NCBI GenBank assembly: GCA_944391585.1
Contig: CALXUD010000001.1
Span: 6,385 to 70,384, forward strand
Source of the DNA: an uncultured Alphaproteobacteria bacterium
GTDB lineage: Bacteria; Pseudomonadota; Alphaproteobacteria; CAAHEQ01; UBA3637
Direction of reading: 5' to 3'
Length of the DNA: 64,000 nt
Numbering within the stretch: the stretch's first letter is position 1; each line of letters begins with the position of its first letter. Both the position numbers and the translations under genes were made by a program. The notes under the pieces are model-generated. The model was not told the origin of the DNA, searched no databases, and was given only the letters and a program-made list of their open reading frames with translations. Shown in pieces: positions 49,156 to 58,180 of the stretch.

Positions 49156-49200
49156 AAAAAGTTTGTATTGAATAGTTTGTTAGAAGATAAGGCAAATAAA

Positions 49201-52200
49201 ATGGCAGAAAATAGAAATTATACCAGTATGTCCGAACAATATGTCAAAAAGAGTAATCGTCGATTACTCATTTTTGGCATTGTGCTTTTTTTGATTTTTG
49301 CATTGGCATTATTTGCCTTATCCGGTCGCAATCAACAAACGGAAGATTTAACGCCGATTGATTATAACACGGACGATTTTGAACGATTAAACAATCCAGA
49401 TGCTTCTTTAACAACGTTTACGCGCGGTAGTGCAACTTTGAAAGTAACACCGGATGTCGTCAATATGGATAATGTCGTATTAGGTTCGAATGTAGAATCA
49501 GTTATCACGTTAACAGCAAACAATGCGCCGATTTTCTTTTTGGGAGCGGAGTTAGCCGAACAACAACAAGATGGGTTTAAATTAGACACCAATTGTGTCG
49601 TAGATAAAGAAATGGCTGTGGGGGAAACATGCAATATCAAAGTATTATGGAATCCGGTTTCTTTATTACAATTGCAAAATAATTTAACGATTACATGGCG
49701 AGAAAATAACCCAACCGTGTTCAGAAATGAAAAAACAGTGGTTCAAATTCGTGCCAATTCAACGGATTCAAAAGATTGTGTGATTTGTGAAAATGTGTCG
49801 GCAGAAGCTAATAAAAAACCGCGGATGGCGGCAGGATTGGATGGTACTTTATATGAAGTTGATGATGATGGATATGTTACGATTGACGGTAAGCGCTATA
49901 AGGTGACGGAAAACGGGTTAATTGTTGATGAAAATGGTAATGTTTTGGGAATTGTTCAACCGGAGCGGTTGCCTTTGGGATTGGATCACAAAGTTTTGGG
50001 AACAATTTCGCAAACGCAGGACGTGATTGATGCCTCCGGCAACAAATTGGGGCGTTTATTGGGCGATGGCACGATTGTGGATCCGAATTTAACGGTCATT
50101 GGTGCGGCTGTACCGGTAGTGTCTGTTATGGATGATAATGGAACAATTGTTGGAAAGTTGTTGGCAGATGGATCTGTGGTTAATGCGGCTAACTCCACGA
50201 TCGGACGGCCGTTGGTAGATGGCTCTGTTATTGATTTACAAGGCAATCATTTAGGATACTTACGCCCATGGGGATTGGTTGTTGATTTTGGTGGATTTGT
50301 TTTGGGGGGCATTACACCAGATGGTGTTGTTGTGAATTCAAAACAACAAAGAGTGGCTGTTGTAAAACCAAATGGATTGGCATTGAATGCATCTAATGAA
50401 TTAGTGGGTGGTGTGGTGCCAACGGGCGTGGCTGTGGGTGCCAGTTGTCAGGCGGTTGGTTCTGTGCAGTTAAATGGACAAGTCAAAGATTCATTTGAAC
50501 AGGTTGTTGGTCGGACATTGCCGGATGGTAGTGTGGTCGATGAACGCGGAGATGAATTGGGCGCTGTTGTAGCTCAAGGATTAGTGATTAACGAAAAAGG
50601 AGTTATTTTAGGGTTTGTTAATTCCGAAGGAAAAGCAGTTGATGCTAAAGGCTCAATGATCGGTTGTGTGAATCCGGATGGTTCCGTGATGGCTGGAAAA
50701 CGCTCGGTTGGTGCAGTGATGGCTAAAGGAACGGTTGTCGGATATGGATGTGAAGTGATTGGTTCTGTTTATCCGAACGGTATTGTGGTAAATGATAAAC
50801 AAGAAGGGGTTGCCCGCGTGTTGGCAGATAAGTATGTTAAAAATGCCAACAACCGAATTGTTGGGGTTGTGATTCCGCGTGGGACGGCAATTGGTGAAGG
50901 GTGTCGTTTGTTGGGATTGATTAATTTAAACGGTCGTGTTGTTTCCACAGAAGGTCAGGATGTTGGCTGTGTGAACATTGAGTTAAATGTATTGGATAAT
51001 GCTGGAAAAGTCATTGGAGCAGTCAATTACAAAGGACAGGTAACAGATGACAATGGAAAAATTATTGGTCGAATTCGGATGGATGGAAAAGTCATTGACA
51101 CCAAAGGGGTTGTCATTGGTTGTGTGAATCCGGACGGTTCGGTTGTGGATTTAAAAGGCGCTCCGTTGGGACAAGTTGTCGGCGTCAGCAATGGAACATC
51201 TCGTCAATCCGGTGTGGTGTTAGATGCAGCCGGCAATCCAACCGGATACACAATCGTCGGAAATCAAGTTTATGACCAAAATGGCAACTTGGTTGGCGAA
51301 TTGCAAGAAAACGGTTGGGTCGTTGATGCTAATGGTCAAATTATCGGCGTGGTCCCGCCTGATGGGGTTATTTATTCTCCAGACGGATTGATTTTAGGTC
51401 GTTATTCTCGTCAAACAGGGGTTGCTGTGGATTTGGAAGGAAATCGTTTCGCGCGAATTTTACCGGATATGACGGCTGTCAGCGGTGAAACATCTGACAT
51501 TATTGGGGCTTTAATTGCAGATAAAACAAGCTTCATGAAGTTGGATGGTTCTTATTTAGGAACAATGCGTATTGACGGTATGATGTTAGATGCCTCCAAT
51601 AATTTAATCGGCGCTATTCGGGCAGACGGAACGGTGGTGGATAAAACAGGTCAAATCATCGGGACGCGCATTTTAACAGGTTCCGTGTTAGGTGTTTTGG
51701 GGGGTGTTATTGGAACAGCTGAGGCGGATGGTTCAGTTATATCCATGGCGAAAACAAAAATCGGCAAAATGTTAGGAAATGGTTTGGCTGTTTCTGAAGA
51801 CGGAAAAGTTATTGGTGCTCTTTTCCCTGAAATTTCAGTTGCCATTGGATCGGATGGAACGATTTTGGGCGGTTTAACAACACAAGGAAAAGTGATTGAT
51901 AAAAATGCACGTGTGATTGGAACAGTTTCGCCGTTTGGTTTTATTTTTGATAGTGCGGGAAAATTAACAGGTCGTTTAGTGCGGGTTGGGGCTTTTGTAG
52001 ATGCTCAAAACCAAACAATCGGCTGGCTTTCCTTTAAAGGAGAGTTAGAAGGAAAAGATCAACGTTCTCGGGCTAAAGTATTGAGCAACGGAGTTGCAAT
52101 TGACAACAATAATTTTGTGATTGGTCAACTTGTGCCGCGGGGTGTTGCGGTAGATGAAAACGGCAATTTTGTCGGCTCTGTTTCCGTGAATGGATTGGTT

Positions 52201-55200
52201 TTAGGAAAATCAACAGAAGTGTTGGGATCCACAAAAGCATCTCCTTATTTCTATGATGCCAGCGGTACATTGGCCGGAAGTATCATACATCCGGGATTGG
52301 CACTCTCTTTGAATGGGGCGGTTTTGGGTTGGACAAGTTATACGGGACAAGTCATCAATGCAAAAGGAGAAAATGTCGGATTTATCGGTTTGGATGGTCG
52401 CGTCTTTAACAGCTCTAAACAATTGATTGGTACCTTTGTGGCTTTTGACACATTAACAGGTGGCGATGAGCAAGATAGCTTTGGGGTTTTGGGGGCTGAT
52501 GGAAACATTGTGGATGGAAAAGGGCAAAAAATCGGCTCAGTTCTTTCCACACAATTTGCCGGTCAAGAAGGAAAAATCACAACGAGATTATTCCGTTCAT
52601 CTGATTTAATTACTAACTTTGTGAATGGTCAGTTGATGGGGCAGATTTTGCCGGGTGGCAGTGTTTTATATGCAAATGATGATAAAATTTTGGGAACAAT
52701 TGGCACTAATGGATTAGCGGCAAATTTAACGAAAAAGGTGATGGGTGGTGTGGCCCCGGTTGGTGTGCCGCAACGGATTGGCTTATCAGTAATGGGGCAA
52801 TCACTTGTTTCGGGGGGTATTCTCAATAATGGGGCTTTTGTGGCTCAAGCAATGCCGAATACGGCCGCCTATGACTCCAAAGCGCAAGTGGTTGGTAATG
52901 TGGCTGTACCGGATCTCTTTATCGGTCGGGAAGGGGCGGTTATCGGATCCAGTTCCGGAACAGCAACAATCATTTCAAGAGATGGAAAAAAGTTGGCATC
53001 TTATATGCCGTTTGGCTCTGCTTTGACAACGGATAATTTGTGGGCCGGGGGGGTAATGCCTTTGGGAACGGTTGTGAATGATGATGCGTATACCATTGGT
53101 GTAGTGGCTTCTGACGGGGCTGTTGTGGATCGGATGGATGACGTGATTGGTCGTGTGATGACAGACGGAATTGTTGCAGGTATTTCTGAACGCTCCAGTT
53201 ATGCAACAATGCCTTATATCGGTGGTTTAGTTAAACAAGGATTGCCGGTTGGTTTTAAAGACGGAATCTTAGGACGCACAACTATTGCCGGTGATGTGAT
53301 TGATGCTGCGGATAAAAAAGTTTATCGCTTATTAGATGATGGGACTGTTTTGGGTGGTGATATGCCGTTAGCCGGGGTAGTTGTTTCTATGAATCCGGTG
53401 ATTGCGCACAACGGGAATGTATTAGGTGTGCCATCGGGTGATGGAACTGTTATTTCTGAAACAGGTGAGGAAGTTGGTACGATTGCTACTAATGGAACGG
53501 CTAAAAAAGGTCGGATGAAAATCTTGGGTGCTGTGGTGCCGGAAAGATTGGTTGTGAATGATTGTAAGGTCGTTGGACAAACGGCTTTCAATGGTCAGGT
53601 CATCAATGGTCGCGGTGATGTTGTGGGACGGATTTTGGTAGATAAGTGGGCCCAAAATATGCGTGGCGAAAGAATTGGCCGGATTTCTCGCAATGGGCTT
53701 GTTTTATCCCCAACGGGAGATTATTTGGGACGGACAATGCCGGATTCAACGGTTGTCGACTTAAAAGGAATTAACATGGGATGTGCCCGAAATGACGGTT
53801 CTGTTGTAGATAATGCGGGTAATGTGATTGGGGCTGTTGTTGAGCGGGGCGCCATTTTAGATGAGACGGGCAATTTAATCGGCCGAGTAAAACATGACGG
53901 TTCGGTTGTGGACAGAGATGGTAATGTGATTGGTAAAGTGTTGGGAGATGGAAAAGGCACCGTTGTGGATTTGGATGATAACGTAATTGGTCGAGTTGTT
54001 TCGCCGGATGAAGAATTGTTATTCAACGAAAATGGTGTTGTTGAAGGAACAATCAGTCGTGGTGGTGAGGTAAAAGACGCCGAAGGCAACACATTATTTA
54101 CGGTTTTACCAAATGAAGACATCGTGGATAAAAATGGGGAAATAATTGGTAAATTATCTGAAAACGGAGATTTTTCAGATGGTATTTTGCGCGATAAAGA
54201 CGGCAATATTATCGGAATGATTTCCGGATGCGATGTAACAGGACCAAAAGGGACAAAAATCGGATCTATTATGCCGGACGGATCCATTATGGATTTGAAT
54301 GGCGGTGTATTTGCGGTTATTGGGTCTGACAGTAAATTGTATGATGCTAAAGGAAATGAAATGGGAACGTTGTCCGGCATTGACGTCAATTTAGATAAAT
54401 GTGGCGTAAAACTGGATAAAGAGACCCTCCGTAGCGGGAAAGGCGCTGCCGGTTCAACAGGTGTATCCGGTCGGCGTATCTTTATCGGTAATAAAGTTTA
54501 TGATGTTTCCGAAGCCGGATCTATCATTGATTCCGAAGGGACAATCATTGGTTATATGGGTGAAGATGGTCGGCCGTATGGTTTGAACAATAAGCCGTTC
54601 AGTGTTGGTTCAGATGGAAGTGTTTCTACTCGGACTCGGCCGAATTTAGATAAACAGCTGACAGTAAATGAGGAACAATTAACACAAATGCAGCAATTGT
54701 TGGCACAACGCCGAGCCAGTATGAAAGCCGCTCGCGGAACAGCTATTCAACCGAGTGGGCGAATTTTGGCTAAAGCCAAGAAGAAACAAGACGAAGATTG
54801 GGGAGAACCCAGAATCGTATCATCATGGCCGGTAGATATGTCGCGTATGATTTTAAAAGATAAGGCAATTCCGGCAGTGTTGGTACATTCTCTAGATTCT
54901 CGATTCTCGGATGTCCCGGCAACAGCCATTGTGGAACGTCATATTTACTCTGAATCCGGACGTAATATCATTATTCCAGCCGGTAGTCGTTTGATTGGCA
55001 GAATGTCCAGTAGTGATGGAGATGGGACAGTGGCAAAAGTCAATATTTCTTGGGAGCGACTTATTCGTCCTGATGGCGGGGCCTTTAAGTTCTCAGCAAC
55101 CTCCGGCGATGCTCAAGGTCGTGGTGGTGTAGCCGCTTATTTGGATAATGAGCTGATGAAAAAATACGGTCAACCGGTTATGGTTTCTGCGGTACGTTCT

Positions 55201-55764
55201 ATGATCACCTATTTGATCCAAACAGATGGAACAACGACAACGAATGCCGATTCCGGAACGGTTGCACAATCCGGCAGAGATCAAGCGGCTGCTGATGCAC
55301 GTCAAACATTTATGACTGACATGCAACAGGTCTTTGATGATATTTTGACTGAAGCAACGGGGGTTCCGCCGGTTTTGTTTGTCCCATCAGGAACGCGGTT
55401 AACGGTTTTTGCAAACGAGGATCTATGGTTGCGTGCGCCGGTAGAAGATGAGAAAGAATATGAAGAGCAATTTGGAACTGATACTAAACAAGCTCAAACG
55501 GCGAAAACAGATTCTTGGGTGAATAAACATCCTGTTCCTCAAGGGGCAGTTCAACCGCCGGTGGAACAATACTATGAACCCAATGAACCGGTTTATGTGG
55601 ATGAAACATATTTAGAAGAACCATTATATGATGGAGAAAATGTTGATATGGAGCAAGAGGTTGTTTCTGAAACATCTTCAAACACAGAGGAAACGAATCC
55701 GTTGGAGAATAGAGTGGTAGAACCTGTTTTGCCAAAAAATAATAGTATGGAACAATTGTTTTAG
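49201..55764 (+). CDS. Giant VirB10/TrbI-family T4SS protein (~2190 aa) with N-terminal TM anchor, ~1600-aa central repeat region and C-terminal VirB10 domain (CagY/DotG-like architecture)
   Basis: ATG at 49201 after a TAAGG RBS; the track start at 49168 is a TTG. TM helix (LLIFGIVLFLIFALALFALSG). C-terminal 'VLVHSLDSRFSDVPATAIVERHIYSESGRNIIIPAGSRLIGRMSSS...VNISWERLIRPDGGAFKFSATSGDAQGRGGVAAYLDNELMKKYG' matches the conserved VirB10/TrbI C-terminal domain. Confidence 0.8.
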   Translation: MAENRNYTSMSEQYVKKSNRRLLIFGIVLFLIFALALFALSGRNQQTEDLTPIDYNTDDFERLNNPDASLTTFTRGSATLKVTPDVVNMDNVVLGSNVESVITLTANNAPIFFLGAELAEQQQDGFKLDTNCVVDKEMAVGETCNIKVLWNPVSLLQLQNNLTITWRENNPTVFRNEKTVVQIRANSTDSKDCVICENVSAEANKKPRMAAGLDGTLYEVDDDGYVTIDGKRYKVTENGLIVDENGNVLGIVQPERLPLGLDHKVLGTISQTQDVIDASGNKLGRLLGDGTIVDPNLTVIGAAVPVVSVMDDNGTIVGKLLADGSVVNAANSTIGRPLVDGSVIDLQGNHLGYLRPWGLVVDFGGFVLGGITPDGVVVNSKQQRVAVVKPNGLALNASNELVGGVVPTGVAVGASCQAVGSVQLNGQVKDSFEQVVGRTLPDGSVVDERGDELGAVVAQGLVINEKGVILGFVNSEGKAVDAKGSMIGCVNPDGSVMAGKRSVGAVMAKGTVVGYGCEVIGSVYPNGIVVNDKQEGVARVLADKYVKNANNRIVGVVIPRGTAIGEGCRLLGLINLNGRVVSTEGQDVGCVNIELNVLDNAGKVIGAVNYKGQVTDDNGKIIGRIRMDGKVIDTKGVVIGCVNPDGSVVDLKGAPLGQVVGVSNGTSRQSGVVLDAAGNPTGYTIVGNQVYDQNGNLVGELQENGWVVDANGQIIGVVPPDGVIYSPDGLILGRYSRQTGVAVDLEGNRFARILPDMTAVSGETSDIIGALIADKTSFMKLDGSYLGTMRIDGMMLDASNNLIGAIRADGTVVDKTGQIIGTRILTGSVLGVLGGVIGTAEADGSVISMAKTKIGKMLGNGLAVSEDGKVIGALFPEISVAIGSDGTILGGLTTQGKVIDKNARVIGTVSPFGFIFDSAGKLTGRLVRVGAFVDAQNQTIGWLSFKGELEGKDQRSRAKVLSNGVAIDNNNFVIGQLVPRGVAVDENGNFVGSVSVNGLVLGKSTEVLGSTKASPYFYDASGTLAGSIIHPGLALSLNGAVLGWTSYTGQVINAKGENVGFIGLDGRVFNSSKQLIGTFVAFDTLTGGDEQDSFGVLGADGNIVDGKGQKIGSVLSTQFAGQEGKITTRLFRSSDLITNFVNGQLMGQILPGGSVLYANDDKILGTIGTNGLAANLTKKVMGGVAPVGVPQRIGLSVMGQSLVSGGILNNGAFVAQAMPNTAAYDSKAQVVGNVAVPDLFIGREGAVIGSSSGTATIISRDGKKLASYMPFGSALTTDNLWAGGVMPLGTVVNDDAYTIGVVASDGAVVDRMDDVIGRVMTDGIVAGISERSSYATMPYIGGLVKQGLPVGFKDGILGRTTIAGDVIDAADKKVYRLLDDGTVLGGDMPLAGVVVSMNPVIAHNGNVLGVPSGDGTVISETGEEVGTIATNGTAKKGRMKILGAVVPERLVVNDCKVVGQTAFNGQVINGRGDVVGRILVDKWAQNMRGERIGRISRNGLVLSPTGDYLGRTMPDSTVVDLKGINMGCARNDGSVVDNAGNVIGAVVERGAILDETGNLIGRVKHDGSVVDRDGNVIGKVLGDGKGTVVDLDDNVIGRVVSPDEELLFNENGVVEGTISRGGEVKDAEGNTLFTVLPNEDIVDKNGEIIGKLSENGDFSDGILRDKDGNIIGMISGCDVTGPKGTKIGSIMPDGSIMDLNGGVFAVIGSDSKLYDAKGNEMGTLSGIDVNLDKCGVKLDKETLRSGKGAAGSTGVSGRRIFIGNKVYDVSEAGSIIDSEGTIIGYMGEDGRPYGLNNKPFSVGSDGSVSTRTRPNLDKQLTVNEEQLTQMQQLLAQRRASMKAARGTAIQPSGRILAKAKKKQDEDWGEPRIVSSWPVDMSRMILKDKAIPAVLVHSLDSRFSDVPATAIVERHIYSESGRNIIIPAGSRLIGRMSSSDGDGTVAKVNISWERLIRPDGGAFKFSATSGDAQGRGGVAAYLDNELMKKYGQPVMVSAVRSMITYLIQTDGTTTTNADSGTVAQSGRDQAAADARQTFMTDMQQVFDDILTEATGVPPVLFVPSGTRLTVFANEDLWLRAPVEDEKEYEEQFGTDTKQAQTAKTDSWVNKHPVPQGAVQPPVEQYYEPNEPVYVDETYLEEPLYDGENVDMEQEVVSETSSNTEETNPLENRVVEPVLPKNNSMEQLF
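49850..54650 (+). repeat. Array of about 80 degenerate ~19-20-aa coding repeats, consensus 'DGSVVDxxGxxIGxV', within the VirB10 homologue
   Basis: Periodic G/V/D/I pattern through ~1600 aa (e.g. 'LADGSVVNAANSTIGRPLVDGSVIDLQGNHLGYL', 'PDGSVVDERGDELGAVVAQGLVINEKGVILGFV'). Units are diverged at the DNA level. Confidence 0.75.
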
Positions 55765-55779
55765 TATGGAAAAAGGAAA

Positions 55780-56766
55780 ATGGCTTTAGATAATGAAGAA
55801 ACATATAAGGTATTGAATTCTGCTCTACGGCCGCTTTCTTATTGGTATAGTCAAGAAAACATTGAGGAAATTGCGGTAAATAATCCGGGAGGCATTTGGT
55901 TGCGTATGCGGGGAAAACATGCTTATCCGTGGCATTATTTTGAAGATCCGAAATTAACGCGCGAATATTTAAATGATATTTTATATATTATTTCTAATAC
56001 ATATGATTATTCCTTTGATCCGTTGGGAGGGACGCCGGTTGTATATGCAACATTACCGGGAGGTCATCGGTTTACGGGAATCAGTGGTCGGAATGTGATG
56101 TATGATAACAATGATTTAACCGGCGGTGTGGCGATGACACTGCGTGTTTATTCAGAAGACATCGGCATTGGAATGGAAGATTTTAGATTGGCTAAAGGGG
56201 AACGGTTACGGCCATTGAATAAGTTGACCAATGTGGAAGATCCGGATGATCCCTATGAGCGGCTATTGTTGTCTATTAAACGGGGGGATCATATCCTCAT
56301 CAGTGGAGCAACGGCAACGGGTAAAACAACTTTCTTGAACAATATGATTCGTTTATTAGATGAGCATAAGCGCATTTTGACAATTGAAGATACACGCGAA
56401 TTGATTGTGCCACAGAAAAATCGGGTGCATATTGTGATTCCGCGTACAGAATCCACCAACGCATTTGATTATAAACGTGTAATAGACTTGGCTGTTCGGT
56501 TTACTCCGGATTGCATTATTGGTGGAGAAATTTCTACCTCTAATGCCGGTGCTTTATGGGAATTAATGGGGTCCGGACATGATAACTGTTTTGCAACGAT
56601 TCATGCGGCCAGCCCGGATGATGCATATAAAGCATTTGTGAATCGGATTGTGCACTCTTATCCCAATACGGATCGCCAAAAAACATTGCAAGAAATGAAA
56701 GATCTCTTACGTGTAGTGCAAATTAATCGAGACGGCAACATTCGCGCTGTTACGGAAATCACATAA
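55780..56766 (+). CDS. virB11: VirB11-family T4SS ATPase
   Basis: Walker A 'ISGATATGKTTFLN', 'RILTIEDTRELIV' Asp box, 'TSNAGALWELMGSGHDNCFATIHAASP' His box. 328 aa. Confidence 0.85.
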   Translation: MALDNEETYKVLNSALRPLSYWYSQENIEEIAVNNPGGIWLRMRGKHAYPWHYFEDPKLTREYLNDILYIISNTYDYSFDPLGGTPVVYATLPGGHRFTGISGRNVMYDNNDLTGGVAMTLRVYSEDIGIGMEDFRLAKGERLRPLNKLTNVEDPDDPYERLLLSIKRGDHILISGATATGKTTFLNNMIRLLDEHKRILTIEDTRELIVPQKNRVHIVIPRTESTNAFDYKRVIDLAVRFTPDCIIGGEISTSNAGALWELMGSGHDNCFATIHAASPDDAYKAFVNRIVHSYPNTDRQKTLQEMKDLLRVVQINRDGNIRAVTEIT

Positions 56767-57458
56767 TGATTAAAATTGGTATCTTGGGAGGAATGGGGCC
56801 TCAGGCATCAGCACTGCTCTATCAAAAAATTATTTGGCAAGCCGAACATTGTTTCCATGCTCAAAAAAATGCAGATTATCCTTATTTTTGCTTGATAAAT
56901 TTACCTGTCCCTGACTTAATTGAAAATCAAAATGATGAGAAAAAAACAGTTAAAATGGCTTATGAAGCTCTTTATTCTTTAAAAAATGGAGGATACACGC
57001 ACTTTGCAATTGCATGTAATACAATGCATTTATATGCAAAAGAAATAAATCAAACACTTAATTTAAATTTTATCTCTATGGTTGAAGCTGTTGTTAATTT
57101 GTGTGTAAGGGAAGAATATCAAGTTGTTTCCATCTTGGGATCTAAAACAACGTTAAAAACGGGATTATATGAAAAAGCATTATTAGATAAAGGGATTAAG
57201 GTTAATAAGCCTGATCTAGAAAATCAACATAAATTAGCAAAAATTATTTTAAAGTTAATTGCCGGACGATTAAGCAAAAATGATTTAAAAATTTTTAAAA
57301 AAATAGTGAAAGAAGAACAACAAAAAGGAAGTCAAAAAATTATTTTAGGGTGTACAGAATTACCTTTGATTCTACCATTTATTTCAAATAAAAAAGATTT
57401 TATAGATTCCTTAGATGTTTTGGCATATCAAATTAACTCTGTTTTTTATAAAAGATAG
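56766..57458 (+). CDS. Asp/Glu/hydantoin-racemase-family protein (aspartate racemase-like), 1-nt overlap with the virB11 stop
   Basis: 'IGILGGMGPQAS' N-terminal motif and second-domain 'IILGCTELPLI' with catalytic Cys, as in the aspartate racemase family. Confidence 0.7.
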   Translation: MIKIGILGGMGPQASALLYQKIIWQAEHCFHAQKNADYPYFCLINLPVPDLIENQNDEKKTVKMAYEALYSLKNGGYTHFAIACNTMHLYAKEINQTLNLNFISMVEAVVNLCVREEYQVVSILGSKTTLKTGLYEKALLDKGIKVNKPDLENQHKLAKIILKLIAGRLSKNDLKIFKKIVKEEQQKGSQKIILGCTELPLILPFISNKKDFIDSLDVLAYQINSVFYKR

Positions 57459-57534
57459 TTTCAGTTGTTTAAGCTAATTTTTTTTTGTTAATATCTTGTC
57501 GATTGTTCGTTTTTCTTTTATGAAAGGATAAAAA

Positions 57535-58131
57535 ATGTTTATTCGCTCTCAATTAGGACGTTCTATGGTTGAAATGCTGGGTGTTTTAGCGATTATCGGA
57601 GTTTTATCTGTAGGAGGAATTTCTGGATATCGATATGCCATGACGAAACAAAAAGCCAATGATTTCATGGCAGATTTCCAAATCATTATGTTAGACTCAT
57701 CCAATTGGGCCAGAACATTGCCGGGGCGCAGCGTTCCAAGCGGAGCAGATACATATTTTTGCGGAAAGGGAACTTCTTTCAAAATCGGTTATAACACAAA
57801 CACCTTTATGGCCGGTGATGTTCTTTTTAATTCTAGTGATGGAAATGGTATTGGGGAACATGATGGCAAGTTGGATAACATCTATGCGGATGATTATATT
57901 CAATGTAAAGCCTATGGTTCGAAAAACCCGAATGTGGATTGGAACTTCTTAAATGAATTATCCATTGAAGGAACTCCCATTGTTGAAATTGAAATTTTTA
58001 CAAGCAATGGCGATATGTATGCCATGTATAATTATGAAAATTATAAAAACAAATATATGCCGGACAGTTTTGATGATATCAAAATTGACTATATTGATTT
58101 TGAATTTAATCGCGATTTATCCATAGAATAA
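57535..58131 (+). CDS. Prepilin-type N-terminal cleavage/methylation-domain protein (type IV pilin/pseudopilin-like), 198 aa
   Basis: 'MFIRSQLG|RSMVEMLGVLAIIGVLSVGGISGY': short leader ending in Gly, Glu at +5, hydrophobic helix. Unusual Arg at +1. Confidence 0.55.
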   Translation: MFIRSQLGRSMVEMLGVLAIIGVLSVGGISGYRYAMTKQKANDFMADFQIIMLDSSNWARTLPGRSVPSGADTYFCGKGTSFKIGYNTNTFMAGDVLFNSSDGNGIGEHDGKLDNIYADDYIQCKAYGSKNPNVDWNFLNELSIEGTPIVEIEIFTSNGDMYAMYNYENYKNKYMPDSFDDIKIDYIDFEFNRDLSIE

Positions 58132-58133
58132 AG

Positions 58134-58166
58134 AAAAACCCTCGGTCCGAAAACCGAGGGTTTTTT
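58134..58166. terminator. Bidirectional rho-independent terminator between the convergent pilin-like gene and rplS
   Basis: aaaaccctcggt-ccgaa-aaccgagggtttttt, a perfect 10-bp stem flanked by A/T runs on both sides. Confidence 0.7.
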
Positions 58167-58180
58167 GTATCCGAATCCGA

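Noticed and set aside
49168-49200. Track-suggested starts at 49168, 11749, 39960, 36564 and 26443
   Set aside because: Several are TTG or far-upstream codons chosen only because they give the longest ORF. Downstream ATGs with proper RBS spacing and homology-consistent N-termini were preferred.
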